From NCBI GenBank assembly GCA_040954595.2, contig CM082580.2:8038390-8102389 (forward strand): a stretch of DNA of 64,000 nucleotides, read 5' to 3'. Source of the DNA: Balanoglossus misakiensis (taxonomy: Eukaryota; Animalia; Hemichordata). The position numbers and the translations under genes are program-made. The notes beneath the pieces are model-generated. The model did not search any database. It was given only the letters and a program-made list of their open reading frames with translations, and was not told the DNA's origin. The first letter of the stretch is position 1; the number at the start of each line of letters is the position of its first letter. Below, in pieces: positions 53,559 through 64,000 of the stretch.

Positions 53559-55263
53559 CAGTCGGGGTGTGTGGAGGGACTGGGACATGTGGGTGTGGGA
53601 TGGACTACGGTCTCTTTTGGACGTCCATTGGTGGAGAAACTTTTGCCAGGCTTCATACATCAAATTATAAACAACCACAAATACGGCATGTTTATTTATA
53701 ATCAATGTACTTTATTAAAAACGCACGGACATTCACAATATATCTGAGACTTATTTTATAAAGTCAACACTTGGACAAATGGTTGAATACATGCAGGACA
53801 AATATGTAAGAAAAATCCCCCAGTGAATGAATATGGTTTAATTGGAGTGCACAGCCAAGAGAAAATGACTATGGTCTGCTTTAATAAACCTTTTCATGCA
53901 CTTCATAGACAAATGACTGGGAACAGGTAAACATCGATGTCAAATGAGTGAGCAATTGCTCCATGATTTTGCCTCTACACAAATGTGTTACGTGGATATA
54001 AAAATAGTAATATACTTGACCCCAACCCCTTTCATAAAATGTATGTCCAATTATCTCAAACGAAGAATTGGTCACATGTTGGCGCTCTCCATAAGCAGGG
54101 GTTCAACATTGAAAACTATCTTCTTTTCAGGATAGTATACATTGATAAGTCTAGAGCAAAAACTTGGCGACGAATTCCTGTCTGGGTTAAGGGCATAAGT
54201 ATGTGGTATTACTGTAGTTTTGTCTGCCAATACCGATATTATCACTAACATGTTTTTGTTTCACTTGATTTCAGATCAACTCAGTCTCTGCCCAGGGATT
54301 ACTCCGAGAGAGGATAATTAATGGATACATCTTTGAAAATTTTCAGCAGAAAAAGAATTTCACTACAGAGGTCACAAAAAATGATTGTGTGAACATAGAT
54401 CAGGTTATTTGGAATTACAAAAATATATGCATCATACTATAAGCCATGTGAAAATTTCATTGCAAAGAAAAATCTAAAAATAAATAACACATATATGAAA
54501 AAAATTGGTTCCTCTACTTTTCTATTTAATAACAATTGATATTACTCCAACAAACATTTAAATTATACAATGAATATAAGAACAGAAATTGATTTCTTGC
54601 ACGATGATTATTATATGCACATGTTTTTCAGTTTGTAAATATTTGTCATATTTCTGGAATTAAAAATAAGAAATACTGGTACATGTATACATGTATATTG
54701 ATTTGCTAGAATATATTGTACAGATTTGACAAGCAAGCTTTAATTAAAAGGATTCAATTACATTACCCCCATAATTTCAAATATATACCCGTAAATAAAT
54801 ATTAAACAGACTTTGCTGTTACAATCAACTTCATTCAGCAGCTGCATCCCCAAAGCGATTAATATTTCAGTCTACGTACTATCTAACCAATGCTACATGT
54901 ATTTTGCTTGTATTCTGAATATTAACGTGAATACTAGTACTTCACTGCCTGTCTCAATGTGCCTGTGTAGAGTCATTTGCATTTAGAAATATACAGCTGC
55001 TGTTGGCAGAAATTTTACAGACAGTCCAGCTCACAAAAATCACAATCATTGAACAAGCAGTAAAAAACGCAATAAGTTTTCTCGTAAGAGTGTCCAGTTG
55101 TAGTCTCTGTTTAAAATAATGTAAAGCACACAAATTTCTGTATACACAGTAAGTTTTTAGTATGCCAGCTTCGGGACGATGCCTCACAAATGAGTACATC
55201 ACCTGTAGAACAACATGAAGTGATGACATCATCAAAGGATGTGCTCACAAACTCTGAGCAGTA

Positions 55264-58200
55264 TCAATTGTCCTTCTTGTCGCCGTCAGTCTCGCCTTCC
55301 CGAATCAAGTTCTCAACGTTGTTGTCGTCCTCTGCTTTCTGAAGCTGTTGCTGCCACATCTGTGCATACTCCTGACCAAGGGCAAGTAGTTCTTCATGCC
55401 TGTCAAAAAAATAACAATTGGGAACAGATTTTAAACAAAAAAATTGCTGGTTCTCCAAACCTTGAAAACATGGTGTTCACCCATCTTGCTTTTTCATAAA
55501 ATAATTGTTGTGAGTCTTCTGTCGTATATGTGCATTTTTATTGCAAGTTAAAATTATACATTATCAAAAATGATGTTCTTACCTGCCCTGTTCAACAATG
55601 AAACCCTCTTTGAGGACAATGATCTGATCAGCATGAATGACTGTCGACAGTCTGTGCGCCACCACTATGGTCGTCCTGTTTGTGCACACATTGGCCAGCG
55701 ATTGCTGGATGTTGCGCTCCGTCTTGGTGTCCAGGGCAGATGTAGCCTACAGTGTGTGGATCAGTAAAGAAAATGTCAGAACAGAAAACGCATGCAAGTA
55801 CTGATCTGCGAGTTTCAAATCATACAAGCAATAGTCATGTCCCCCTACAGATGTTTAAAACTATTTACAGATGTTCTCTGCTAATGAATGAGTGAAAAAG
55901 TTAGTTGCACTGATGCTGTTCAAAACAGCTGAACGGAAGAGTATTGCACGAGGGAGCAAGTCAAAAATCACTGCATTCTGACCTCATCAAGTAGCACCAC
56001 TTGCGGTGCCTTCAGTATGGTTCGTGCTATAGCCACTCTCTGCTTCTCTCCTCCACTGAGTTTCAGCCCGCGCTCGCCCACCATGGTGTTGTACCCTGCA
56101 TGCAACAGAAAGGGAAGAGTCAGGCGGCCTGGCATGCGGAAAGACGAACATTCTGATTTGTCAAGCAGTCATGTGACTAAATCAAGTGGTCATGTGACCA
56201 TTCACAATCAGAATTTTGGTAAGAACATACAATATCAATAAACAAATCAATCAAATATCTCACCGTCAGGAAAGGTGGTTATTCTTTCATGGATATCAGC
56301 TGCTGTTGACGCATTTTCTATCTCTTGATCCGATGCGTCCACTCGACCATAACGAATGTTAAACCTAAACCAAGCATGACAAAAAAGAGAAAATAAAATG
56401 AATGGCATCAATTTAAAATGAGCAAAAATGAAGTCCCCATTGTTTTAGATTTGTAGTCTGTCCTGTGTCATATGAGGATGTCCCGCGAGATCTTGCAGGG
56501 TCTCGTGGAATTCGCAAAATGGTCTACTGATGGTATGATGATGGTACAAAGCCTACCTGATGTCGTTGTTGAAGAGCACAGTGTCTTGTGGGACGACACC
56601 GATGGCTTGTCTCAGACTGGACTGTGTCACCTTAACAGGTAAATGAGAAAGAGATGTGTTGTAAGATCACAATTTTGAGCAACAAGAAAATTCAAGTTCA
56701 ACAAACTGTATCTGATTTCAACAGAATCAAATAAATTTTTTCCTCACCTTTGATACGTCTTTCCCATCAATCCTGATGACCCCACCTTGGATGTCGTAGA
56801 AGCGGAACAGCAAACGGACAATCGTACTTTTGCCAGCGCCGGAATGGCCGACTAACGCCAATGTCTTGCCGGGCTCAACCCGGAAGGAGACATTTTGTAG
56901 AATCGGTTTTCTGTTGGTGAGGAACAGGTATCGTGTTGTGTGTGAGATAATTTATGGACCAACAGCTGTATCACTATCTTCTACCTGTACTTTTTATTCA
57001 TGTTGCAAAAAGTATGCTATGTATGCAAAAATTACTTTTAATACAGAAAATATTGGTAAATAAATATTGAACTTACTGTTCGTTGTAGTAAAAACTGACA
57101 TTTTCAAATTCCACCAAACCCTCTTTCACACGTAAATCTGCAGCATTCGGGATATCCTTTACCTGTACAGAAATATTGATACAAATATTCTGATTAAACA
57201 AACTATACATACCGGAAACTCACATGCGGTAAGCCTATGATAGGATGTGTATAAACGCTCTGACCAGACTTGAAATCACTTAATGTTTTTGTTTATTTTA
57301 GATAACCATGACAACTAACCTCCTGTTTTGCATCTAACAAATCAATCATGTTCTCCATATCAATATAGGACTGTTGGATCATCCTGTAAAAGTAACACAG
57401 AAATTTAAATGTATGATACATTTCATTACTGGAGTCAGTATAAAATTGTAACGCAACTTTACAATGTCTCAATCATGATGGATGCATACATGCATATAAA
57501 TTAGAGGTTCTTCATCAGGACTCAGAGTTCAGAAACACTCACCTGTAGTAAGTACCAAAGAAATTCAGGGGTCCATACAACTGAATGATGTAGGTTGAAA
57601 ACAACACATAGTCACCAACCTGAATGGGGAAGAAAATAAATTGTTGAAAACTGACTTCCATGGCTTGACAATGTCATACGACAACACATGCAATGAGTAT
57701 TAAAATATAACTCATCAATACAAGATCAAGACCTCACCGTCATTCTGCCGGCGACTACGTAATGAGCACAGAGCAGCGATCCGGCCAAGAGACCAATTGT
57801 AATGATGATGTTTTGCACTGTGTTTAGAATATTTAACGATGCCAGTGACTCCCATTCAACATCCTGAAATATAAAATAAAATGGACATAAAGAGTAAAGA
57901 GTGGACACCTTTTTCATGTATTTAGGCAGATGTATGGATGGATGTGGCGATGAATGTTACAGTATGTTGGTGGGCGAGTGGTGACAGTTGAATGGATGGT
58001 GGGTTGTACTGGAACTAAAATAAAGAGCGGCAATGCAAAATATTTTTAATTAATACCTGGTAGTTCGATATGGCTTCATTCAGTCTCTCCACTTCGTGCT
58101 GTTCAGCGCCATAATATTTGACCTGATGAAAAAGAAAACTCACAAACTTGTAGTTGTACTTCACTAATAAGTTTAGACTATGCACTAGTTTTCTATGGCT

Positions 58201-60896
58201 TTTTGTCTGAGAAAGATTACACATACAAAGCATTCATTTCTATAGAATTTGGTAGGCCTGATATAAAGGTATTTGATAACTTACGGTTTCAAAGTTGAGA
58301 AGGGAGTCCACTGCTTTCTGTTTTGTGGCATTATCCAGAATATTCATCTTCCTTCGATATTTAGTACGCCACTCGGTTATAGCTATGGTGGCCACTGAAA
58401 TTCGACAAAAGCATTTTTAGTGGCTGCGATAATTAAGACATGAATAGGAGTAACAGACAGATAGACGGACAAATTTCATCGACTCACCTAGATACAGCGC
58501 CATGGCAACGAACACGATTAAACCAAAGTAGATGTTGAATGCACTTGTGAAATAGACAATGGCAATGACGATGTCGATGATGGTGGGCACGATATTGAAC
58601 AGAACATAGCTGTAACGCAATGAACGATAAACAAACTTATATTGAACAGAACATAGCTGTAACGCAATGAACGATAAACAAACTTGAAATATAATTTTCA
58701 TAGCATAGGAGAGATAGATGATAAAGAAAATATTTTCATCTTCCAATATCCAATTTTTTATCGAGTTGCAGCTCATCAGGCTTTAAAACATCTGACCTTT
58801 CAATATACATGTGAATTTCATTTCCATAACATGTTTTTTTTTCAGCAACACGTCTCACAGCTCTCTATCTGTGAACAATGCACAACATGAATCTCAACTT
58901 ACTTGAGCAAGTTATTGATGCTCTGTGTTCCTCTGTCCATCAGTCTCAACACTTCACCGGTTTTCCTTCCCAAATGCCATCTGAGTGACAGACTGTGTGA
59001 TGATAAAATTATGATTCATTTATGGTGACACGGATTTCAAGTTTAGCACCATGGAACTTTCTTGTAAAGTCAGTGTTTTTCATGTGAATGGAAAGCTGAT
59101 GTGGGAGTACTTACGCATGAAGATGAGAGAAAAGTCTGATTTGAACCGTCCGGCCCGTAAACTGTTGCACCTTGATCCACAGAAATGTTCGAACGTTATT
59201 CAGCAATCCAATGCTACCTGTAGTCAACAAACAAATAAAAACAAGTTCTACAAGTGCACTCAAAATTTCACATTATTCTTGACAATATTTTTTGCAACAA
59301 AAAAAGGTTAAATTGAACAAGGGAATAGATGAAAGTGTGGTCACTGGCAGCTAACTTCACTGACGACTTACCGACGCCAAGTCCACCTTGAAGAAACTTG
59401 AGAGCAACATAAACCATGATTTCGTGCCAGGGAAACGTCACTCCGTACTCCGGGGGTGGGCTTGAAGTGGAATTGCCGGCAGCCGGCTGACTGAACGCCT
59501 GGTCAAGAAGTTCGCCCACAGATGACTTGGGTGTCAATGCGTCCACTAGAAGAAAAACGAAAACACAAATGTTCAGTTACATTGCTGATCACAGTCTGTG
59601 TTGACAAGCTAAACGTACACCACATGTTTAAATATGCTTCAGTGAGTAAAACAAGAAAGCAGTTCCGATAAACAATGTGCAAGTAACTCAAAGGTCCCTT
59701 TGATTTGTGCATTTCCAAACAACCAAAAATGGCCGCCACCCACCCACTCACCAATGTACTTGTAGTAGAGCGGCACAAGAACGTTGATTCCCCTGTTTGC
59801 CGATAAAATCAGGAAGCAGACGACCACTCGAAGTTGCAACGACGGGTACCCCTTTGGCCACAGATGAGGCCACATCAATTTAGTTTTCTTGTAGAACCCT
59901 TGCCAGGCACTTCCTTCCTGCTCAGATATGGTTTGGTATTCTCCGGATGGTCCGGCTCTTTCGTCATCAAGCAGCGGCTATGGATTGGGAACAAAATTAA
60001 GGAAGATAAAATATTGGCCTGCAGATTCAATTTGTAAACTTTTGTTATGATTTTTGAAATGTTAAATTTTTTTGAAAATGTTGAACTGCATTTTCTCAGT
60101 TCTGCCAGTGGTGGCGCTCTTTAGTCCTCATTCACATGAAATGCTTCACCTGTGCTTGTTTCAGTTAATATCAATTTCTCCTGATGGGAAAACAAGGAAA
60201 TGAGAGCAAACCAATGCTACTTTCCGTGTATATTGCCATTACCTTTCCTTGTTCCGGGTCCCTCTCTTCGTTGACCAATAGCATGTAACTTTTCTTGGGT
60301 AATCCGGGGGCCCGGAGCCCCAACAAGAAAACCACCACAGTGCAGCTGAACCGGGTCACCCACATGCTGAATTCGACATCATCCTCCTTGGAGGACAGAT
60401 GCCACCACCACAGCGGACTGGACCACGACGCAAAAGCCGGAATGTCTCCGAGGAGAGCCACGGCCCAGAAGATCAACAGCACCAGCCCGTGGCCGACTCG
60501 GCGCGAGTTGAGCATCGTACGCCGACGCTCCAGTCGCAGGACCGTCAGCGAAAACAGCCACGCCACGATGAAGAAGACGGTCGTCACGATGCGGTACACG
60601 TATATGGGCTCGTGGAGGACGGCGTGTTCAAGTACAATGCGCAAAAAATACTGGAGGGCTATGACGAGGGTCAGGGCAACTTGTAAATAGTACCAGCCGG
60701 GTCTGGGTTGAAACTGCCGGTCCAGAAGGACCGACCTCTTCCGGTAGAGGAGCAACTGCATCCCGCCGAAGATCAGGATGTATCCCATCAACAGGGATGC
60801 GATGAGGGTATCCAGGAAACAGCGCGATATTCCATCCTGAATCCACACGTCGCCGATGGAGGTATCGTTCGAACAGTAGGAGGATATGACAACCAT
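55264..60896 (-). CDS. ABCB6: ATP-binding cassette sub-family B member 6 (HMT-1-type half transporter with TMD0), 18 coding exons
   Basis: Exons on -: 60243-60896, 59752-59977, 59372-59545, 59115-59217, 58903-58992, 58488-58609, 58285-58394, 58057-58122, 57738-57863, 57543-57619, 57320-57383, 57077-57162, 56748-56910, 56557-56630, 56264-56364, 55983-56095, 55583-55746, 55264-55399. Motifs: TMD0 YC...[21 protein letters not shown], Walker [14 protein letters not shown], signature LSGGEKQR, Walker B/D-loop VVLLDEATSALD, H-loop AHRLST. Confidence 0.96.
58592..58685. repeat. Exact 47-bp tandem duplication spanning an ABCB6 intron/exon junction
   Basis: atattgaacagaacatagctgtaacgcaatgaacgataaacaaactt at 58592-58638 and 58639-58685. 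Confidence 0.95.
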
Positions 60897-62013
60897 CTTT
60901 TCTGTAATAATACAGACGTACAGGGTTGGTGCTCTTGATGTTGGCGAAAGAACTGGGTTGGTCGGGGCAGGTCCTTGTGTCTGCAAATGTAAAAACATGC
61001 ATATGACGGCCACACAGATCTGAGCAATGACTAAACATAAAATTGTCACTGTGACCTTATAAGGTGATAGGTCAAAGGTAATGTTTTTAAGATAATAAGT
61101 AACTGCCAAGTAGTTAAAAACCATTTTTTTCCATTTTAACCTGTACATGCTGAAATTTAGCTGACACAACAGACTGGGTGCTATGGAATGAAGTATACCT
61201 AACTGTTTGTGACCGAGGTGTAGTGGACAGTATATAATACAGGTTAAAGTGACACGTGCTGAAGATATCAATCATCCAAATACCTGTCTTCCACACACGT
61301 TCTTATCATAATATTGCAGACATCTAATAATACCCATTGTGGGTGCTGTACCCATAATTTAATACATGCAATTTTATAATGAATTAGTTTTTAGTGATCA
61401 CTGGCTGGTTTTGTAGTAACTGTCACATGGCTGTCATGCATTCACAGATATTTACCAACCTCTATTGATAATGTCGTCACTTGTATCAAACATATGAATC
61501 CACAGGCACCCTAATCACAATAGTCCCAAAATAAATATCAAACCACTGAAGTACCCATGATACACCCATGTGATGTCCAAACCATGTCAACAAAGAAACT
61601 CAGTCTATGGACTTGAAAACACACCTTTGTACCCTATAAACCGAACTGTATGTTTTACGACCCATGTCAGATAGTGCTTTACAACATACAAGGCTACAAC
61701 ACCCAAGGACATGACAGTGCTCTGGGTGCATGCATCACAGCCACAGTTTTCACTTCAACCAATGACTAGTATGGGTAGTGCTTCATCAAAACCACGGTCA
61801 CTTCACCACATAAAATGTGTAAAATGTGCTGGAGTGACCGTGTCAAAACGTTCTAATAATAGACTATGAATAACTACATTGTGTAAAGTTGTAAACGGTT
61901 ATATCACGGTTACGTCTACAGGCAAATTTGTTTAGTGACACTGAGTCAACAGGGACAAGTTGTCCATTGTTTTATTTTCCATCGCCAACAACAATTTTGG
62001 TAATAATGCTTAC

Positions 62014-62390
62014 CTTTGGGAGTCACTTTGAGTGTATGTTCGAAACTGACCGACCAAAATACACGGATTTATCGTATCACAGATTACGGCGATGCCCTCA
62101 CTTTCGATAGAGCCGGTGTCTGTACATGTACTGGACCAGGCAACGGGGAATCGATGCTTGCAGAACTGTGGTCGCTTTCGAGTTCAATACGACAATAGCA
62201 GGCTCTGCAGGTCTCTCCTGAGCCTGCTGTCTTGATCTGGACGATCGAGTGGGCCTTGGGTTATCCGATCTCAATATATTGCGGTGTCACGATGACCAGA
62301 CACAAACGAACCCAACCTTCTGCACTGCTGACCTTGCACTGACCTAGTTCAATAGATATTTTTAGCTTCCGGTTGACCTGACCTGACCCG
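62014..62390 (-). promoter_or_regulatory. Probable ABCB6 promoter and non-coding first exon
   Basis: Donor AAG|gtaagc at 62014/62013, acceptor tgcag| at 60981; CpG-rich; ETS-like ACCGGAAG near 62366-62373; AGGTCA-n5-AGGTCA at 62329-62345. Confidence 0.5.
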
Positions 62391-62598
62391 ATAACAGTAT
62401 GGCCTTCATAGTGAAAAAACAAACAAGAGGTCCACACAGTTTGCCCGCTGGTGGCGTTATTAAAGCCGCCACTTGAAACAGTCAGTGCGTCTTTAATTTT
62501 ATAACGTAATACAATTGTAAAATGAAGCTGCGGTGGACGGTCAACAATTATTCGATCTTGTCACATTTGAACATCCATACAGTTTGGTTGAACAACGC

Positions 62599-62605
62599 AA
62601 AAAAA
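62599..62605 (-). terminator. RNA polymerase III oligo-T terminator of the tRNA-Leu gene
   Basis: T7 run on - four nt after the tRNA 3' end. Confidence 0.75.
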
Positions 62606-62609
62606 TGAT

Positions 62610-62738
62610 TGTCAGAAGTGGGATTCGAACCCACGCCTCCATTCGGAGACCAGAACGCTCTTTCTATCGTGACCCATCGGTACAATGGGAAGGTGTGAAC
62701 CTTGAGTCTGGCGCCTTAGACCGCTCGGCCATCCTGAC
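62610..62738 (-). tRNA. trnL-CAA: tRNA-Leu (anticodon CAA) with 45-nt intron (62656-62700)
   Basis: GTCAGGATGGCCGAGCGGTCTAAGGCGCCAGACTCAAG [intron] TTCTGGTCTCCGAATGGAGGCGTGGGTTCGAATCCCACTTCTGACA. Acceptor stem, A box, B box, long variable arm, intron one nt 3' of the anticodon. Confidence 0.97.
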
Positions 62739-63815
62739 ATCAGATACTCGTACATTGATGTGTGCTGTAACATAGAATTACATGCTTCTTCTGAAACAGT
62801 AACCTAATAAAATATAAATGTAAATTTTACCAACAGCTACATAGAAGTGAAATTTGTAGGACATCCGCGGGTTATAATAATATATTGCCATTGTAACGAA
62901 AGCCACGTGCAATTTGACCGTTGGTGGCGTATTAACCACGTGGTTGCCGGGCATGGTTGAACAGATATGATACGAAGAAACCGTAATAATTTTGTATATA
63001 CAGATTAAATTTAATTCTTTGTCGATTTTATAACAATGTACAAGTCTTGCAAATGAATATATCGATGAAAAACTCCTTCTACAAGATAATGTTCAAAACA
63101 TGGACAGGATAAAAACCAAAAACAGACAATTGCATTTACACAAATGATTTCTGAAATGTTCAAATCAACAGCGTTTCGTTAAAAGTCTATCTCTAGAATG
63201 TGTCGATGTATCGTTCGACATAACTGTACATACACAGGTCCAAGTTCGACCAACGTCGCGTCAATTTACAAATGCACATTAAATAATTTAATTCTATTCT
63301 GGTGTTAGAATTGTTTCAGATAAAAAGTGCGAGAACAATATTGAGACCAAATATAAACTTGGACGATCACAAAATATACTACAAATCTATTGTATATTTT
63401 GATTATTATTACGCAGTGTTTTAAGAATTCTCTCAAATGATCGTCTGTTCGTTCGTTACTAGTAACTCGTTTAAAAGCGATTGTTGGCTCGGGTGTCTTC
63501 GTGCCATCTTCCGGCGCCTGTCTCTCGATCCGACTCAGCCGCGTTTTTGGTCCTCAGTTTTGTTGGAGACGGGAACACCACATTCGCCGGCAACTGTCGG
63601 CTCGTCTTTGCAAGCAGCGATGGGAATTCAGACGTGTACGTCCATGAGGGCGTGTACCGTTTTACCCGGCGTCTTCCACAGCGCGTCCAGTTATATACAT
63701 AGCATGTCATATATTACGGGATGGTATTCATATATTAATTTTTTGTACATTTTATACTCCATGCAAGCACTTTTTGATTTAATTCAAGTCTCTCGGTGCA
63801 AAGAAAACAGCAGTT

Positions 63816-64000
63816 TCATCGCTTCGAGTCACGTGGGTCTAGTTTCATAATCCAGAGAGCGGTCGGCAAGTTCTGACATCCCATGTACTCGCGTTTCAGT
63901 TCCCGCTGGGTGAAGAACTTGGCATAGTTGCACGGCGCCCCGTACACCGTCGTGTTGGCGCAGTTTCGCTCGCCTTCCCAGAATTGAGGCGTTGACGTCA
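63816..64000 (-). CDS. 3' end of an unidentified protein-coding gene (5'-partial, runs off window)
   Basis: Open frame with GC3-rich codon usage: ...TSTPQFWEGERNCANTTVYGAPCNYAKFFTQRELKREYMGCQNLPTALWIMKLDPRDSKR*, TGA at 63818-63816. Family not recognised. Confidence 0.55.
   Translation of the reverse strand, partial: TSTPQFWEGERNCANTTVYGAPCNYAKFFTQRELKREYMGCQNLPTALWIMKLDPRDSKR

Noticed and set aside
60897-61271. N-terminal 125 aa of the 366-aa ABCB6 ORF
   Set aside because: Non-ATG start; the frame crosses an acceptor at 60981, and similarity to ABCB6 begins at the ATG at 60896.
62320-62350. Iron-responsive or metal-response element near ABCB6
   Set aside because: CAGTGC occurs on - but the flanks do not pair into an IRE stem; TGCACTG does not fit TGCRCNC.
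1-64000. CRISPR arrays, operons, defence systems, autonomous transposases or reverse transcriptases
   Set aside because: Intron-rich animal DNA; no repeat-spacer arrays and no long ORF with transposase, RT or viral motifs was seen.

Overview
This is animal (bilaterian invertebrate) genomic DNA with spliceosomal GT-AG introns, not prokaryotic; most ORFs in the supplied track are intronic noise. Reconstructing exons by hand gives six genes. (1) The 3' part of a THSD7A/B-like thrombospondin type-1 repeat membrane protein on + (826-7762, 14 exons). (2) A single-coding-exon class A GPCR on - (10429-11466, adenosine-receptor/GPR119-like, non-aminergic), with a probable TTAA-flanked MITE inserted at its stop codon. 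(3) A ~36 kb AMPK gamma subunit gene (PRKAG2-like) on - with alternative first exons, a candidate 21-nt microexon and an N-terminal motif [11 protein letters not shown] matching human gamma2. (4) A complete 18-coding-exon ABCB6 on - with a 47-bp tandem duplication across a splice acceptor. (5) An intron-containing tRNA-Leu(CAA). (6) The 3' end of an unidentified gene at the right edge. I see no wholly new multi-gene system. The most interesting signals are the isoform architecture of the AMPK-gamma gene, possible ancient PRKAG-ABCB6-THSD7 linkage, and several insertion or duplication events. Comparisons with human proteins are from memory and need alignment.
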